Positions 62,475-64,000 of a DNA stretch of 64,000 nucleotides are shown one piece after another. The notes under the pieces were generated by a model that was given only the letters and a program-made list of their open reading frames with translations, was not told where the DNA came from and made no database searches. This stretch comes from Hydrolagus colliei. Taxonomy: Eukaryota. Location: the NCBI GenBank assembly GCA_035084275.1, contig CM068748.1:9176001-9240000 (forward strand). The letters run 5' to 3'. The position numbers were made by a program, and so were the translations under genes. Each line of letters opens with the position of its first letter. Position 1 is the first letter of the stretch.

Positions 62475-64000
62475 ATAAACGAAAATAAGCAGCATGTGTT
62501 ATATACACACATATAACATTTCTGTTCACTATTTAGTAAAATTATAAATATTTCAAAATTCCAGTGATTGATTTAGTGATATTTCTCTTCTCCTGGATTA
62601 CAGTAAGTGAATTACTGCATATTCTAGGTATCAACACAAACTAGTTTTAGCAGCACAACTGCAGCAGTGAGGAGGCTGTAGGAATGCATGTCCCGATTAG
62701 AGTGTAATGGGCAAGACAAGCACCAATAAATATTCTCATTGCCTTATGGTGTTCATAACCGCATTGAGCAGGTTGAAAACGGAAAAGACACAACAGTAAC
62801 CATTTAGCCAGTCAAGCAATAGATTTGCCTAATTGATTAGGGATTTGTTTTATTAGCCTCTCCTCTCCTGACAGACATTCCAACAAAGATTAAAACTATT
62901 GAATTTGAATCTGTCAATTTGGACCACTTCCAAAAACATGTTCATTTTGGTCTTTGATTCATTTTACTTCAGTTGTACAGTACTACAGTAATAATACCCT
63001 CAACCTGTAGTCTCTGCCTTCAGTGAGTTTGGCAAATCAATATGTAGAAGTGTTCATTACTGAATAAAAAGGTGGTTGAAACACAATTTAAAAATAAGCA
63101 ACATTCAGAGATCTCTAGAGGAAGTGGTTGGATTGTAAAGGGGGTTATATTAGCTATTCAAAAAGCTGCATATCATTATATAAGATCGTGTTTAAGTATG
63201 GGGATCAATGCATTTTAGCTACTTGGAAATGTATATCATTTTCTAGAATGAAATCTCACACCCGCTTCCTCAGATGACCTCAGTATGCTCCACATACTCC
63301 ATTCACCACCTGAGATCAGCCACACAGCTCTGAAACTTTCTCCCTTAATCTCTCTGGGTTTAAAAAGTGACTTGATGCTGTAATGGGGTGGGGGAAATCG
63401 GGAGGATGGGTGTTCTGGAGATTGGATGCCAAAGGACCTTTTAGGTCCAGATCAATCTTGTGATCTTGAGACCTCACACTCTCCCTCTCCACTTTTAAGA
63501 CTCCTCCCTCAGATAGTGGCTTCCTATTTCTCCATAGGTTTGAGTGTGGTAATAGACGTTTCACATCACATTCAACAATATACCATCATTCTCTTAATGG
63601 AACACAGCACAGCACAACACAAACGTAATATTAAAAGCAATATACTGCTCCATTTATCACACTACTAATTGTCAGATTTCCAGTAATAACTCAACCACTG
63701 GCCACAAATAGGATTTATAATTTGCCTTTTCTATGTCGATGTGCAGTGAGTCAGATAAACCTAAGAAAATTCAAAGACCGCGGGAAGAAAAAAAAAACCT
63801 CAGTTTATTAAAATTGTTGAATGTATCAGAGCACTTAGATTATTGGGCCACTTTGATAACTTGTCACAGGGCAGATAGCATCTCAATATCAGTTCTCCAA
63901 GGCTCAACACTTTAGGAAAAGGAGGGAAAAATGTGAGGCAAAATTTATCAAATTAGAAACAGGAAAATATTCTTGCTCCCAGCAGGACAACCAGTGGGGC

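Noticed and set aside
1-64000. Prokaryotic-type systems (operons, CRISPR arrays, defence islands), rRNA genes, ANK3 exon 2
   Set aside because: No long ORFs, regularly spaced repeats or rRNA similarity were seen. The exon 2 sequence (SDANASYLRAA-like) was not found and should lie left of position 1.

Overview
AT-rich vertebrate genomic DNA, almost all intronic. The repeat content (tRNA-headed Deu-domain SINEs with L2-type tails, L2 and CR1 LINE remnants, a shark-type Penelope-like fragment) points to a cartilaginous fish, probably a holocephalan such as Callorhinchus; this is inference. The only confidently recognised coding sequence is a 117-nt first coding exon on the minus strand (38831->38715, MAHAASHLKKNREIEVVNSVDEEKTIKRHRRRSRDRKKK), matching the 'exon 1b' N-terminus of ankyrin-G (ANK3). 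I did not find exon 2 or the upstream first exons, so the window lies within the very long 5' introns of ANK3. Top observation: a textbook recursive splice site (polypyrimidine-CAG|GTAAGT at 59690/59689, minus strand) followed 160 nt later by a second GTAAGT donor, giving an RS-exon with stops in all three frames. Also notable: a candidate extra first exon encoding a di-cysteine N-terminus (3728->3678), a ~240-bp-arm inverted repeat at the exon 1b promoter, several MITEs and a degenerate hammerhead ribozyme core. Nearly all ORFs in the supplied track are chance ORFs or repeat-derived. Repeat boundaries were read by eye and are approximate.
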